Source: an uncultured Planctomycetales bacterium (lineage in GTDB: Bacteria; Planctomycetota; MHYJ01; JACPRB01). Taken from it: 64,000 nt of DNA. Position numbers and translations under genes: made by a program. The notes beneath the pieces are model-generated. The model worked only from the letters and a program-made list of their open reading frames with translations. It was not told where the DNA came from and did no database searches. Within the stretch, counting starts at the first letter, position 1; every line of letters begins with the position of its first letter. Below, piece by piece: positions 43,957-54,456 of the stretch. The stretch spans positions 8,131 through 72,130 of the forward strand of contig CAZGKV010000012.1 of the NCBI GenBank assembly GCA_964526305.1, given 5' to 3'.

Positions 43957-44607
43957 ATGGAAGAGCGAGTCCGCCTGGGGGCCATGCTGGTCAAGGAGAA
44001 GCTCCTTACCCCGGAGCAGCTCAAGATGGCCATGGACTTCCAGAAGGAAGTCGGGGGCAAGCTCGGCGCGATCATCGTCAAGTTGGGATTCGTCGAGGAC
44101 TCGACCCTCGTCAATTTCATCGCCCGCCAACAAGGGTTGGAGGTGGTCGAACTCGAGGAGCTCATCCTCCCCGAAAACCTGGTCCGGAAGATTCCCCGCA
44201 AACTGATCGACAAGCATACGGTGGTCCCGATCCAGTTCCACCGACATACCCTGACCATCGCCACGTCGGATCCGTTCGATTACGAGGCGATCGAGGAACT
44301 CCAGCTGGCGTTGACGGACACCAAGATCGAAATGAAACTCGCGCCGCGCTCGCAGATTCTGAAATCGATCCGGGAGCACTTCGCCAGGGAAGCCTCGGGC
44401 GAAACACCGGTCAAGGAGAAGACCAAGGACGAACTGCTCCGGGAACTCGAGGAGGAGGAGAAGCCCGCCTCGGATCGCATCAGTCCTCTCCAACTTCGGG
44501 AGGCGCTGATTCCCCTCCTGATCGAGAAGGGCCTCATTACGCGGGAAGAGCTCGTGCGGAAGTCTCGGGAAATCGAGGCCGCTCGGGAGAAGGAAGCCGC
44601 GAGATAG
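43957..44607 (+). CDS. stand-alone T2SSE_N/MshEN-like domain protein (possible c-di-GMP receptor)
   Basis: Two helical sub-repeats resembling the GspE N-terminal domain (LGAMLVKEKLLTPEQLKMAMDFQ..., LIEKGLITREELVRK). 216 aa with an acidic linker. Confidence 0.5.
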   Translation: MEERVRLGAMLVKEKLLTPEQLKMAMDFQKEVGGKLGAIIVKLGFVEDSTLVNFIARQQGLEVVELEELILPENLVRKIPRKLIDKHTVVPIQFHRHTLTIATSDPFDYEAIEELQLALTDTKIEMKLAPRSQILKSIREHFAREASGETPVKEKTKDELLRELEEEEKPASDRISPLQLREALIPLLIEKGLITREELVRKSREIEAAREKEAAR

Positions 44608-44613
44608 CCACCC

Positions 44614-45960
44614 ATGCCGGAGATCAAGTTGCGGGAGATTTCCAAGGGACTGGCCGGCGTTCAAGTTCCCGGGGATCGGACCGAGCGCCTGGTCGAGGGG
44701 CTGATCGAGTCGATCAAGAACGCGCTCCTGTCGGGGAAGGACGTCACGATTCCCGGTTTCGGCAGCTTTTCCATCGCTGGGGAAGACGGGAACCCCCAGC
44801 CCGCGCTCTACCAGGCCAATCTCTACGGGGACGTGGCGACGCACCTCGGCGAGCCGGATGTGAACCGCGTGAAGCCCATGGTGGGGGCGGTGCTGGAGGC
44901 CGCGACGTCGTCTCTCCTCGAGGGGAAAAAGGTCGTCCTGGAGGACTTGGGGACCCTCGAGGTCGCCCGCGAGCGCCCGCAGATCGAGAAGCAGCCCAAA
45001 GGACATCGCCTGATCAAACCGTCGATGTCCGTTCTCCGTTTCGGGGCCGAGCGTCCTCTCCTGACGCCCGCGGGTGAGGGGCGAGTTCTCTTCACGCCCT
45101 CCGACGATGTCCGGAAGCGCGTCGAGACGTTCAAGGAGTCGAGCATCATGCTCGTCGTTCCGGAACGGGACTTTTTCGTGAAGACGCTCGAGTACTATTT
45201 CCAGAACGCGGGCTGGGACATCGAAATCCACACCAAGGTCGTGGATGCGCTTTCCAAGGTAGAGTCGAACAAGGCGTACCTGGTCATCTTGGACGCTCTC
45301 TTCGGGGACCACCAGCAGTTCTGCTATGCGCTCAAGATGAGGCGGGAGACGAATGCGGTGCCGCTCATCCTTCTCCATCCCAGCGAATCGGCGCTGAAGA
45401 GCGTGCCGGATGTGTCCATCGTGGGCGACGAGAACCTCGCCCAGCCCTTCGAATTCCGCCAGTTGTTGGATTTGGCGGACGCGGAGATCATCCGGGCGGC
45501 GGAGGAGGAGCTGCTGTTCGATCAGCAGCTCAACATCCATCTACCCACGGACGAGGCCGCGGTGGAAAAGGCGATCGACACCGTCCACAAGCTCCTGGAA
45601 TCGAGCGGGCTGAACGAGGAAGGGCAAGTGGCGGTGAGCGCCGCCTTCCGCGAGGCGGCCGTGAACGCCGCCCAGCACGGGAACAAGTACAAGCGCGACA
45701 AAAAGATCGAGATCCAGTATCTCCTGGATTCGGAGAAGATCACCCTCGTGGTTCGGGACCAAGGTCCCGGGTTCGACCACGAACAGTTCGTGAAATCGGG
45801 GGCGACGCGCGACGCGCTCACGGCCGCCCGGGAGCGTCACGCTCAGGGACGCATGGGAGGCCTCGGGATCATGCTCATGCTCCGCTGCTGCGATCGGCTG
45901 GAGTACAACAACCAAGGGAATCAGATCACGCTGACGAAGCGCCTCAAAGCGCGCGAGTAG
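44614..45960 (+). CDS. multidomain regulator: tandem HU/IHF-like DNA-binding domains, receiver-like domain, RsbW-type HATPase_c (anti-sigma/Ser kinase) domain
   Basis: N-terminus has GKDVTIPGFGSFSI (HU arm motif) and a second HU-like unit (VVLEDLGTLEV). Central region LVVPERDFFVKTL...LVILD is receiver-like. C-terminus AFREAAVNAAQHGN...VVRDQGPGFD is the GHKL ATPase motif of RsbW-like kinases. Confidence 0.6.
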   Translation: MPEIKLREISKGLAGVQVPGDRTERLVEGLIESIKNALLSGKDVTIPGFGSFSIAGEDGNPQPALYQANLYGDVATHLGEPDVNRVKPMVGAVLEAATSSLLEGKKVVLEDLGTLEVARERPQIEKQPKGHRLIKPSMSVLRFGAERPLLTPAGEGRVLFTPSDDVRKRVETFKESSIMLVVPERDFFVKTLEYYFQNAGWDIEIHTKVVDALSKVESNKAYLVILDALFGDHQQFCYALKMRRETNAVPLILLHPSESALKSVPDVSIVGDENLAQPFEFRQLLDLADAEIIRAAEEELLFDQQLNIHLPTDEAAVEKAIDTVHKLLESSGLNEEGQVAVSAAFREAAVNAAQHGNKYKRDKKIEIQYLLDSEKITLVVRDQGPGFDHEQFVKSGATRDALTAARERHAQGRMGGLGIMLMLRCCDRLEYNNQGNQITLTKRLKARE

Positions 45961-45966
45961 ATTCCG

Positions 45967-46698
45967 CTACGCCCGGGACTCCGCGACGAGTCGATTGGCG
46001 CGGAGGAGGGAGTCGAACGTTCCGGCATCGGTCCACCAGCCGTCGAGAAGCTCCCACGAGAGCGACCCGTTTCGGATGTAGGCGTTGTTCACGTCGGTGA
46101 TCTCGAGCTCTCCCCGCGCGGAGGGTCGCAGCGTCTTGACGATTCGATAGACCTCGTTGTCGTACATGTAGACGCCCGTGACGGCATAGCTGGATTTCGG
46201 ACGGCGGGGCTTTTCCTCGATCCCGACGACCTTTTTTCCCCGAAGCTCCGCGACCCCGAAGCGCTCGGGATCGGGCACCTCCTTGAGGAGGATCTTCCCG
46301 CCCGACTTCTGCCGTCGAAACCGGTCGACGGCGGGGGCGATGTCGGCCGAGAAGATGTTGTCTCCGAGAACGACGCACACCCGCGCGTCCTCGGCGAAGT
46401 TTTCGGTTAGGCCGAGCGCCTCTGCGATTCCCCCTTCGCCGTCTTGATACGTATAGTGGAGATCTTGGAGCCCGAATTCGCGGCCGTTCCCGAGGAGCTT
46501 GAGGAAATCGCCCGCGAACGGCCCGCCCGTTACGATCATGATCTCCCGGATCCCCGCTTTCACGAGCTTCTCGATCGGGTAGTAGATCATGGGTTTGCGA
46601 TAGACGGGCAAGAGGTGTTTGTTCGTGACGCGGGTGAGCGGGCTCAAGCGGGTGCCGAGTCCCCCCGCCAGCACGATTCCCCGGATTTCGGCCCTCAC
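45967..46698 (-). CDS. sugar-phosphate nucleotidyltransferase (RmlA/glucose-1-phosphate thymidylyltransferase-like, short form)
   Basis: [23 protein letters not shown], and EEKP/GVY motifs, 243 aa, GTG start at 46698. Confidence 0.75.
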   Translation of the reverse strand: MRAEIRGIVLAGGLGTRLSPLTRVTNKHLLPVYRKPMIYYPIEKLVKAGIREIMIVTGGPFAGDFLKLLGNGREFGLQDLHYTYQDGEGGIAEALGLTENFAEDARVCVVLGDNIFSADIAPAVDRFRRQKSGGKILLKEVPDPERFGVAELRGKKVVGIEEKPRRPKSSYAVTGVYMYDNEVYRIVKTLRPSARGELEITDVNNAYIRNGSLSWELLDGWWTDAGTFDSLLRANRLVAESRA

Positions 46699-47459
46699 GC
46701 GATCCGTCCTTCGGTCGGGCTCGAAGGGGTCGCGTACTCCTTCTTCGGAATCCTCCCCGCTTCGAATGCGAGTCGGCCCGCCTCGCACGCGAGTCGGACG
46801 GCGCGTGCCATGGCGACCGGGTCTCTCGATTGCGCGACCGCGGTGTTCAGGAGCACTCCGTCGGCTCCCAGCTCCATTGCGATCGCGACGTCGCTCGCCG
46901 TGCCGACGCCCGCGTCCACGATCACGGGTACCTTCACCCTCGAGAGGATGATCCGGATGTTCGTCGGATTCAAGATGCCCAATCCGCTTCCGATGGGAGC
47001 GCCCAGCGGCATGACGCAGGCCGCTCCGGCTTCTTCGAGACGCAGCGCGGTCACGACGTCGTCGCTCGTGTACGGCAGTACCGTGAATCCCTCTTTCGTC
47101 AGGAGCTTGGTCGCGACGAGGAGCTCGGGGAGGTCGGGGTAGAGGGTCTTCTCGTCCCCGATGACTTCGAGTTTCAGCAGCTCCGTTCCCAGGGCTTCGC
47201 GCGCGAGTCTCGCGGTCCGAACGGCCTCGTCCGCGGTGAAACAGCCCGCCGTGTTGGGGAGGAGGCGGATCTTCGCGCGATCGATCCAGTGGAGGAGGGA
47301 ACCCTTCGTGGTGTCCTGGAGATCGACGCGCCGGACGGCCACGGTGACGCAGTCCGTCCCGGAGGCCTCGTGGCACCGGGCCATGATCTCCGGGGAAGGA
47401 TAGCGTCCGGTGCCCAGGATGAGTCGCGAACGAAACTCGTAGCGTCCGATCTTCAGCAC
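46695..47459 (-). CDS. thiG: thiazole synthase
   Basis: [20 protein letters not shown]-terminus and [13 protein letters not shown] motif, GTG start, 254 aa. Confidence 0.88.
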   Translation of the reverse strand: MLKIGRYEFRSRLILGTGRYPSPEIMARCHEASGTDCVTVAVRRVDLQDTTKGSLLHWIDRAKIRLLPNTAGCFTADEAVRTARLAREALGTELLKLEVIGDEKTLYPDLPELLVATKLLTKEGFTVLPYTSDDVVTALRLEEAGAACVMPLGAPIGSGLGILNPTNIRIILSRVKVPVIVDAGVGTASDVAIAMELGADGVLLNTAVAQSRDPVAMARAVRLACEAGRLAFEAGRIPKKEYATPSSPTEGRIA

Positions 47460-47659
47460 TATCCGCCGCCTACAAAATGGACCACTTCGATCCGATCGCC
47501 CTCGGAGATCTTCGTCTCGGCGTGGCGCCCCCTCGGGAGGACCTGCCGGTTGACCTCCACCGCGACGGGTCTTCCCTCGAGGCCGAGTTCGCGCACGAGG
47601 TCGGCCACCGTCGAGCCCTCGCGCGCCTCGCGGCGCTCCCCGTTGACCCATACCATCAT
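47459..47659 (-). CDS. thiS: sulfur carrier protein ThiS
   Basis: 66 aa ending in GG-Gly (MMVWVNGE...VVHFVGGG), immediately upstream of thiG. Confidence 0.8.
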   Translation of the reverse strand: MMVWVNGERREAREGSTVADLVRELGLEGRPVAVEVNRQVLPRGRHAETKISEGDRIEVVHFVGGG

Positions 47660-47670
47660 CGGGGGCGGGA

Positions 47671-48555
47671 TTATACCCGCGTCGCCATCTCCAGCGCCAG
47701 TCCGTGTCGCAATCCGTAGGCGCTGGTCCGGAGTTCCTCGAAGCCGCCGGCCCGCATGGCCTCGCCCACGACGACGAGGCCGGCCACGATGATGTCCGCC
47801 CGCGCCGGATCCAGCCCTCGGACTCGGCGGCGCTCTCCGATCGTCATCGCGGCGAGTCGATCGCGCAAGGCGTCGACGGATCGGAGCGGGAGGCGGCACC
47901 CATGGGCGGCCTCGGGTCCGATCTTCCGGCGACGACGGATCGCCGCGGCCGTCGCGATCGTTCCTCCGATTCCCACCAGATCCGAGGGGAGTTTCCGGCC
48001 GCGCACCAAGCCGCGGAGCTCGCGTGCGGCCCGGTCTCGCGCGGCCCGGAGTTCCTCGGGGCGCGGGGGGTCGGTTCGAAGAAATGCTTCCGTGAGGACG
48101 ACGGCACCCACATCGACGCTCCGACCCCGACCCCGCACGATGAGCTGGGCGCTTCCTCCTCCGACGTCCAGGACCGCGCAGGATTCTGAGCCGCCCGTGG
48201 CTCCGACGTAGCCGAGCCGGGCCTCCTCCTCGCCCGAAAGGATCCGGACGGGCAGGTCGAGCTCCTTCCGGCATCGGCGGACGAAATCCCCGGCGTTTTC
48301 GGCCATGCGAAGGACGCGCGTCCCGACGGCCTCCAGCGTCCAGGCCCGCCGTCGTCGCGCGAGTTCGCGGAAACCCACGAGGGCCTCGAGCGTCCGGTCC
48401 ATGGCCTCGGCGGAGATCCTCCGGGTCTTCTCCACCCCCTCTCCGAGCCGCGTGATCGTGACTCGCTCCGCGACGGGGACGAGTCGGCCCCGTTTCGAAT
48501 CCACGATGAGAAGCTTGACGGAATTCGTCCCGACGTCGATGGCGCCGAGGATCAT
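47671..48555 (-). CDS. ppx: Ppx/GppA family phosphatase (N-terminal actin-like domains only)
   Basis: [14 protein letters not shown] and DVGGGSAQL motifs, 294 aa. The six-frame ORF is extended by a spurious upstream run. Confidence 0.8.
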   Translation of the reverse strand: MILGAIDVGTNSVKLLIVDSKRGRLVPVAERVTITRLGEGVEKTRRISAEAMDRTLEALVGFRELARRRRAWTLEAVGTRVLRMAENAGDFVRRCRKELDLPVRILSGEEEARLGYVGATGGSESCAVLDVGGGSAQLIVRGRGRSVDVGAVVLTEAFLRTDPPRPEELRAARDRAARELRGLVRGRKLPSDLVGIGGTIATAAAIRRRRKIGPEAAHGCRLPLRSVDALRDRLAAMTIGERRRVRGLDPARADIIVAGLVVVGEAMRAGGFEELRTSAYGLRHGLALEMATRV

Positions 48556-49934
48556 GAGGTTTTCAGAATGAAGACGGTCGCGAGGGTCAGGTAGAGCGTG
48601 ATGTTGACGGCATCGTTGATGGCGGTGATGAACGGCCCGGAGGCGACCGCGGGGTCGAGCTTCACGCGCTGGAGAAGGAAGGGCATGATGGCGCCCATCG
48701 TCGCCGCCACCGTGATGCTCGTCGTCATCGATCCGCAGACGATCGCGGCGATCCGGAGGGCCTCGAACCGATGGGGGGAGGGCTCCGATCGGTGGAGCAG
48801 CATGGCCATGAGCCCCGTGATCGCTCCCGCGAAGACGCCGATGATGATCCCGACGCGGAATTCGGCCAAGACGACTCGGAGTCCCTTTCGCAGGGAGAGT
48901 TCCCCTGTGGCCAGGCCCCGCACCACCATCGTCGAGGACTGGAGGCCGACGTTTCCGCCCATCGCCATGATTACGGGAATGAAGTAGGCGAGGGTGAGGG
49001 TGGCGAGCGTCCCCGCGCTTTCGTACCCCTTCATGATCCAGGCGATCGTAAGCTCGATGACCATCGCGGCGGCCAGCCAGGGGATGCGTGCCTTGAGACG
49101 CGCGAGGAACGGGGCGTGGATCGGATGGACATGCCCCGCGCCTGCGAGCTTCATGATGTCCTCGCTCGCCTCCTGATGGACGACCTCCAAGATGTCGCGC
49201 ATCGTGACGACGCCGAGGAGCTTCATCTGGCCGTCCACGACGGGGATCGCCCGCAGGTTGTACTTTTGAGCGATGCGCGCCACTTCCTCCTGGTCGAGGT
49301 GGGCTCCGACGAAGGTGACTTCCCGGCGCATGAACTTGGCGACCGGCGTATCGGGTTCCGCCCGGAGGATCGCGTAGAGGGAGCATACGCCCCGAAGATG
49401 GTCGGACTCGTCCACGACGTAGACGTATTCGATGGTCTCCGCGTTCACCGCGCCCTGGATCGCCTTGAGCGTCTCGTCGGCGGTGAAGGCTTCGGGAACG
49501 GCGACGAAATTCAGGCTCATCCGGCCGCCCGCCGTGTTCTCGGGGTACTTGCGGAGTTCCTCGATTTCCCGAGCCTGGGCTCGGTCGAGCCGCATCATCA
49601 CGGAGGTCTCTTTCTGCACGGGCAGATGGTCGAGAATGTCGGCGACCGCGTCGGCCGGCATCTTCTCGATCACCTCCTTGAGGCGGGCTTCCCCCAGGCG
49701 GTCGGCGATGGCGGATCGGGCGTCTTTGGCCAAAGCGGCGAGCACCTGCGCCGCGGCCGCGGGTTCCAGGATTTCGAGGATGCGGACGCGATCTTCCAGG
49801 GCGAGATCGTCCAGCAGATCCGCGAGGTCCACCGGTTGGATGGTCTCGAGAAGTTCCCGGAGCCTGGCCGGATCCAGTCCTTCATCCTGGAGGATTTGCG
49901 AGAGGCTTTCGGGACCCGGTTCGTCCCCGCTCAT
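48552..49934 (-). CDS. mgtE: magnesium transporter MgtE
   Basis: N-terminal MgtE_N, tandem CBS domains, C-terminal 5-TM MgtE domain ([19 protein letters not shown]). The start could be at 49934 (MSGDEP) or 50000 (MAEIL). Confidence 0.85.
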   Translation of the reverse strand: MSGDEPGPESLSQILQDEGLDPARLRELLETIQPVDLADLLDDLALEDRVRILEILEPAAAAQVLAALAKDARSAIADRLGEARLKEVIEKMPADAVADILDHLPVQKETSVMMRLDRAQAREIEELRKYPENTAGGRMSLNFVAVPEAFTADETLKAIQGAVNAETIEYVYVVDESDHLRGVCSLYAILRAEPDTPVAKFMRREVTFVGAHLDQEEVARIAQKYNLRAIPVVDGQMKLLGVVTMRDILEVVHQEASEDIMKLAGAGHVHPIHAPFLARLKARIPWLAAAMVIELTIAWIMKGYESAGTLATLTLAYFIPVIMAMGGNVGLQSSTMVVRGLATGELSLRKGLRVVLAEFRVGIIIGVFAGAITGLMAMLLHRSEPSPHRFEALRIAAIVCGSMTTSITVAATMGAIMPFLLQRVKLDPAVASGPFITAINDAVNITLYLTLATVFILKTS

Positions 49935-49998
49935 CTCCGGATGATAGCCCTTCCGAAATTCGGTTGTCAACGCGCGTGGGAGCGCTAGAATCTCCGCC

Positions 49999-50595
49999 AT
50001 GGGCCCGTGGATGAAATTCGGGCTGGTCGGATTCCTCGTCGCCGGGGTCGTCTCGTTGACGGTGGTCTCGACCGCCGAGTCTCGCCGGCGGGCCAGGCAC
50101 CACCATTGTCGAAACAACTGCCGGAGGCTCGGAGAAATCGCAGGGCAGGAGATTTCCGCGAACAAGCTTACGAAGACCGGCCGTCTCTTTTGGCATCAAG
50201 TTCGATTTCGCGCCTACACCGCCGCCCGCCAGAAGATTCCGGCGGCCACGGTCGAAGAGGAAGAGGCGAAAGACTGCACGCAGGTCCCGTGCCGGAATCC
50301 GAAACACGAGCATGCATGGAAGTCGATCTGGCCCGATCCCTTCGTCTGCCCGGTATACGGCCGGACCGTTTCGAATCGCGAGGATCCGGAGACCATCGAC
50401 TACCGGGGTCCACGCGTGCTCCCCGTTCCGGTGCCGGAGCGGTTCCTGATCGGGGCGGACCGGCCCGGCAACCATCCGGACGGATCGGGATTCGTGCTCT
50501 ACTCCGACCGATCGATCCAGGAGAAGTTCGAGGTCCAGCCCACCGAATCGGGGACAGGACTGTGGAAGCAGGCCGGGTCGCTTCTGGGGGACTAA
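49999..50595 (+). CDS. hypothetical membrane-anchored protein
   Basis: N-terminal TM helix (MKFGLVGFLVAGVVSLTVV). Cys/His-containing body. No recognisable family. Confidence 0.4.
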   Translation: MGPWMKFGLVGFLVAGVVSLTVVSTAESRRRARHHHCRNNCRRLGEIAGQEISANKLTKTGRLFWHQVRFRAYTAARQKIPAATVEEEEAKDCTQVPCRNPKHEHAWKSIWPDPFVCPVYGRTVSNREDPETIDYRGPRVLPVPVPERFLIGADRPGNHPDGSGFVLYSDRSIQEKFEVQPTESGTGLWKQAGSLLGD

Positions 50596-50880
50596 CGAAG
50601 CCAGAGCAACGCGCCGAATCGCCCCGTCTTCTCCCCGTCGCGGCGGTACGAGTAGAACAGGTCCGGTCGACACCGGGTGCACACCCTCGCCTCGTCGATG
50701 ACCCCGACGCCCGCCTCTTCGAGATGAGCCCGCGTCGCCGCCCACAAGTCCAGAAGGACGCGCCCTTCGCGGTGGAGGAGGAATCGGTCGGCCCATTCCC
50801 GCGCCACGTCCGTCCGGACCTCGTAACAGCAAGGGCCGATGGAAGGACCGATCGCGGCGACGAGATCGCCGGGTCGGGTT
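50592..50880 (-). pseudogene. C-terminal remnant of a PgeF/YfiH (DUF152, laccase-domain) gene
   Basis: In-frame translation ...GDLVAAIGPSIGPCCYEVRTDVAREW...CTRCRPDLFYSYRRDGEKTGR matches only the conserved C-terminal third of PgeF. The upstream two-thirds are replaced by an unrelated 126-aa gene. Confidence 0.5.
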
Positions 50881-50905
50881 TCATCGTGTCGCCCGAGCTC
50901 GATCC

Positions 50906-51286
50906 CTACTCCGCCTTCGACTTCCGATCGGGAGCGAGCCGAGGGAAGGCCTCGTCGAAGTCGTACCCGTTCTTGAAGTCTTCCTTCGAATCCTGCGCCG
51001 TCTTTCCCATGAGGCCGGCATCGACCAGGTGAAAGACCATCTCTCCGAAGTCGTCCGTCTTCCGAACGTTCCAGCCGTCGAACACCATGCGGGCCAGACT
51101 TCCGAACTGTTCCAGAGCCAGGATCCGGATTCCCTCGAGCAACTCCTGACCGGAGACATGGCGCCTCTCGCCGAGACGACGCACGGTATGATCCAGCGCC
51201 TCGAAGAGGAACCGATAGCCTTCGAAAGGATAGCGCGGATCCTTGGCGATGAGATCGCGCAGGGAACGCTCCAAGTTCTCGTTCAT
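50906..51286 (-). CDS. conserved hypothetical protein (126 aa)
   Basis: Clean ORF (MNENLERSLRDLIAKDPRYPFEGYRFLFEALDH...). Start overlaps the metG stop (ATGA on the minus strand). Confidence 0.55.
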   Translation of the reverse strand: MNENLERSLRDLIAKDPRYPFEGYRFLFEALDHTVRRLGERRHVSGQELLEGIRILALEQFGSLARMVFDGWNVRKTDDFGEMVFHLVDAGLMGKTAQDSKEDFKNGYDFDEAFPRLAPDRKSKAE

Positions 51287-52824
51287 GCGAACTCTTCCGC
51301 CTCGGGCACGTGGTCCAATCTCGGAAAGAGGGGGGGGCCTAGGCGAACGCGCGTTCCCGAGGGGAGAACGTCCCAGCTCCGCGCCGCCGCGATCTTGCCA
51401 TCGGAGACCGCGCCGAGCCCCAGCTGCTCCCCGATTCGGTCGGCGGTCGTGGGGAGGACGGGAGAGGCCAGGAGGGCGATGATGCGGAGCGCCTCGGCCG
51501 CCGAGTAGAGCGAAGCCGCGACGCCGTCGCGCTTCCCCTCTCTGGCCAGGGTCCACGGACGCGTCTCGTCGAGATATCGATTCGCGGCCCGGATCGCTTC
51601 CCAGATCTTCCCGAGCGCGAAGTGATACTCGAAGCGGTCGTACTGCGGCGCGACTCGGTCCGCCAGAGAGACGAGGAACTCTCGCATCGACGCGTCTTGG
51701 GGTAAGGAAACGGCGGGCCTCTCCAAGATCCCCCCAAGGTTCTTTTCCGCCATGGTCACGACGCGGTTGAGGAGGTTTCCCAGCTCGTTGGCGAGCTCTC
51801 CGTTGAACCGTTCCACGAACTTCTCCCACGAGAAGTCGCCGTCGTTGTCGAAGGCGATCTCGCGAAGGAGAAAGTAGCGGAGGGCGTCTCCCCCGAAACG
51901 ATCGGCCGCTTTGGCCGGGTCCAGCCGTCTCCCCGACTTCGAAATCTTCTCTCCGGCGAGATAGACGAAACCGTGAGCGAAGACTCTCTTCGGGATCGGC
52001 ACGTCCGCGCCGAGAAGCATCGCCGGCCAGATGATGCAGTGGAATCGGGTGATGTCCTTCCCGACGACGTGGACGTCGCACGGCCACCAGCGAGCGAACT
52101 CGGGACCGTCGGGGAATCCGGCTCCCGTGATGTAGTTGATGAGGGCGTCGAACCACACGTACAGGACGTGGTCGGGGTCGCCGGGCACCGGGACGCCCCA
52201 TTTCGTCTTGGCCCGCGAGATGCTGATGTCCTCCAGCCCTTCCTCGAGGACCGCCAAGACCTCGTTTCTCCGGACCGCCGGTTCCACGAAGGAGGTACCC
52301 TTGACCACCTCGCGGATTCGGTCGCGGTAGGCCGTGAGACGGAAGAACCAGTTCTCCTCCTCGATCCATTCGAGTTTGCGGTTGGGGTGGTTCGCGCATT
52401 GGCCGTCGACCAGGTCCTTCTCCGTCTTGCGCGATTCGCATCCGACGCAATACCAACTCCGGTAGGGTCCCTTATACACGTCTCCCCGCTTCCGGAGGCG
52501 TTCGAAGATCTCCTGGGCGCCACGATGATGGGCGCTCTCGGTCGTTCGAATGAATCGGTCGAAGGAAAGCGAGAGCTTGGACCAGGCCGAGCGAAACTTT
52601 CGTTCCATTTCGTCGCAGTACACCAGAGGATCGAGCCCGAGTTCCTGGGCCTTTTCCGCCACCTTCTGGCTGTTCTCGTCGTTGCCCATGAGGAAGAAAA
52701 CGTCGTCCCCCCGGAGACGTCGCCAGCGGGCTTGGGCATCCGCGCCGATCTTCTCGTACGCGGTTCCGATATGCGGGCTTGCGTTGGGGTAATCGATGGC
52801 CGTCGTGATGTAGAACTTGCTCAT
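51283..52824 (-). CDS. metG: methionyl-tRNA synthetase (short form)
   Basis: YPNASPHIGTAY (HIGH region), KISKS (KMSKS), Zn-knuckle CVGCES...C, 513 aa. Confidence 0.92.
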   Translation of the reverse strand: MSKFYITTAIDYPNASPHIGTAYEKIGADAQARWRRLRGDDVFFLMGNDENSQKVAEKAQELGLDPLVYCDEMERKFRSAWSKLSLSFDRFIRTTESAHHRGAQEIFERLRKRGDVYKGPYRSWYCVGCESRKTEKDLVDGQCANHPNRKLEWIEEENWFFRLTAYRDRIREVVKGTSFVEPAVRRNEVLAVLEEGLEDISISRAKTKWGVPVPGDPDHVLYVWFDALINYITGAGFPDGPEFARWWPCDVHVVGKDITRFHCIIWPAMLLGADVPIPKRVFAHGFVYLAGEKISKSGRRLDPAKAADRFGGDALRYFLLREIAFDNDGDFSWEKFVERFNGELANELGNLLNRVVTMAEKNLGGILERPAVSLPQDASMREFLVSLADRVAPQYDRFEYHFALGKIWEAIRAANRYLDETRPWTLAREGKRDGVAASLYSAAEALRIIALLASPVLPTTADRIGEQLGLGAVSDGKIAAARSWDVLPSGTRVRLGPPLFPRLDHVPEAEEFA

Positions 52825-53765
52825 CCGATCCTCAAGAGGGCGTTCTCGACGACCAACGGGACGCTCGCATTCCGGTCGATCATGAGCTCGTGGTCGACCA
52901 CGGCCTCCAATCGGGCGGCGAGTTCTTCGATCTCGAGGTGGCCGGCCCATCCTTCCGGGGCGAAGCGGGGGCCGGGCGGAAGGCCGGCGCGCCCCCGAAG
53001 GGCTTCCCGCAGGGCCAGGGCGGTGAGGCGAAGCATCCGCTTCGCCCGAACGCGCACCTTGACCGTGTCTCGAATCTTGGTGAGATTCTCGATGACGGAG
53101 TTCAGATCTCCTCCGGCGATTCTGGAAAGGAACTCGGTCGCTTCCGATCCCCATTCGCGAAGATCCTCGAGGAGCTCGCGGGCGCGGCCGGGACTCCCTT
53201 CGGCCAGGGCGACGGCGAGGCGCCCCTCCGACTCTCCGGTTCCGATCAGGCGCGCCACCTGCTCGTCCTTCAGCGGATGGAACAGGATCGTCTGGCACCG
53301 AGATCGGATGGTGGGAAGGAGCGTGGAAGGGGAGGAAGTGACCAACAAAATCGTCGTCCCGACCGACGCCTCCTCGAGCGTCTTCAAGAGAGCGTTTTGC
53401 GCCTCCTCGTTCAGCTTCTCGGCCTCGTCGACGATCACGGCCCGGCGCGAATCGCTCGCGAAGGACAGTCCCCGAATCAGCTCGCGCACTTGCGCGATGG
53501 AGATCTCCTTTTTTTCCTCCTCGCAGGAGATGACTTTCAGTTCCGGGTGGGTGGCGCGCGCCGTCCGGCGGCAGGCGTCGCATGCCTCGCACGCGTCGGG
53601 ACCTTGCCCGCAAAGAAGGGCTCGAGCGAATTCCGTAGCCACGAGACGCTTCCCGATCCCGGCGGGTCCGGCGAAGACGTAGGCCTGCGCCACTCGACCG
53701 AGACGCACGAGGGAACGCAATCGCGCGATGGCCCCTTCGTGACCCAGAATGCGGTCATAGGACAT
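52821..53765 (-). CDS. holB: DNA polymerase III delta' subunit
   Basis: AYVFAGPAGIGK Walker A-like motif, CGQGPDACEACDACRR zinc module, VIVDEAEKL, SRCQ sensor motif, 314 aa. Confidence 0.88.
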   Translation of the reverse strand: MSYDRILGHEGAIARLRSLVRLGRVAQAYVFAGPAGIGKRLVATEFARALLCGQGPDACEACDACRRTARATHPELKVISCEEEKKEISIAQVRELIRGLSFASDSRRAVIVDEAEKLNEEAQNALLKTLEEASVGTTILLVTSSPSTLLPTIRSRCQTILFHPLKDEQVARLIGTGESEGRLAVALAEGSPGRARELLEDLREWGSEATEFLSRIAGGDLNSVIENLTKIRDTVKVRVRAKRMLRLTALALREALRGRAGLPPGPRFAPEGWAGHLEIEELAARLEAVVDHELMIDRNASVPLVVENALLRIG

Positions 53766-54375
53766 TCGCCACCGCCTCGAATACTTTCGCCGCTACGATC
53801 TCGACGGGTCGATTGGCCGGGATCAACGCCATTCGACCCCGGCGGCTTCGGGCGATGCGACGGAACGCTTCGCGAACGCGCTTCAAGTACGAGAGGCCTT
53901 TGCGTTCCATTCGGTCCTTGGGCCGGCGGACCCTTCGGATTCCGATCCGGGGGTCGAGATCGAGGACGACCACCCTGTCGGGGATCGGGAAGCGAGCGAT
54001 CCTCTCGGCCAAATCGAGAACCTCCGGAATCCCGACTCCGCCCGCCGCGCCCTGATAGGCGGCCGTCGAAAAATAGTACCGGTCCAGGAGCACGATCCTT
54101 CCCGCCCGAAGCATCGGTTCGAGGACCTCCGTCGCCAACTGAGCCCGACTCGCCATGTAGAGAAACAACTCCGTTCGCGCGTCCATCTCGGTTCGACGCA
54201 CATCGAGGAGAAGCTCCCGGATTCTCTCTCCGATCCGCGTGCCGCCGGGTTCGCGGGCCCGCACGACGGAATACCCCTCGCTTCGGAGACGCTCCTCCAA
54301 GAGTCGAGCCTGCGTGGACTTTCCGGCGCCGTCGATTCCCTCGAGCACGAGCAACCGGCCGCGCATCGACGACAT
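53755..54375 (-). CDS. tmk: thymidylate kinase
   Basis: LVLEGIDGAGKSTQ P-loop, DRY motif, lid region, 206 aa. Confidence 0.9.
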   Translation of the reverse strand: MSSMRGRLLVLEGIDGAGKSTQARLLEERLRSEGYSVVRAREPGGTRIGERIRELLLDVRRTEMDARTELFLYMASRAQLATEVLEPMLRAGRIVLLDRYYFSTAAYQGAAGGVGIPEVLDLAERIARFPIPDRVVVLDLDPRIGIRRVRRPKDRMERKGLSYLKRVREAFRRIARSRRGRMALIPANRPVEIVAAKVFEAVANVL

Positions 54376-54419
54376 GATACGGAACCCCGGGCGTTACGCA
54401 AGGGCGAAAGAAGTTCCTG

Positions 54420-54447
54420 TTTACACCCTTCCGCTCCGCGTTAGAAT
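54420..54447 (+). promoter_or_regulatory. sigma70-like promoter for hslVU (TTTACA-16 nt-TAGAAT), about 9 nt before the hslV ATG
   Basis: -35 box 54420-54425, -10 box 54442-54447. ATG at 54457. Predicts a leaderless or near-leaderless transcript. Confidence 0.5.
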
Positions 54448-54456
54448 AGGCGCTTC

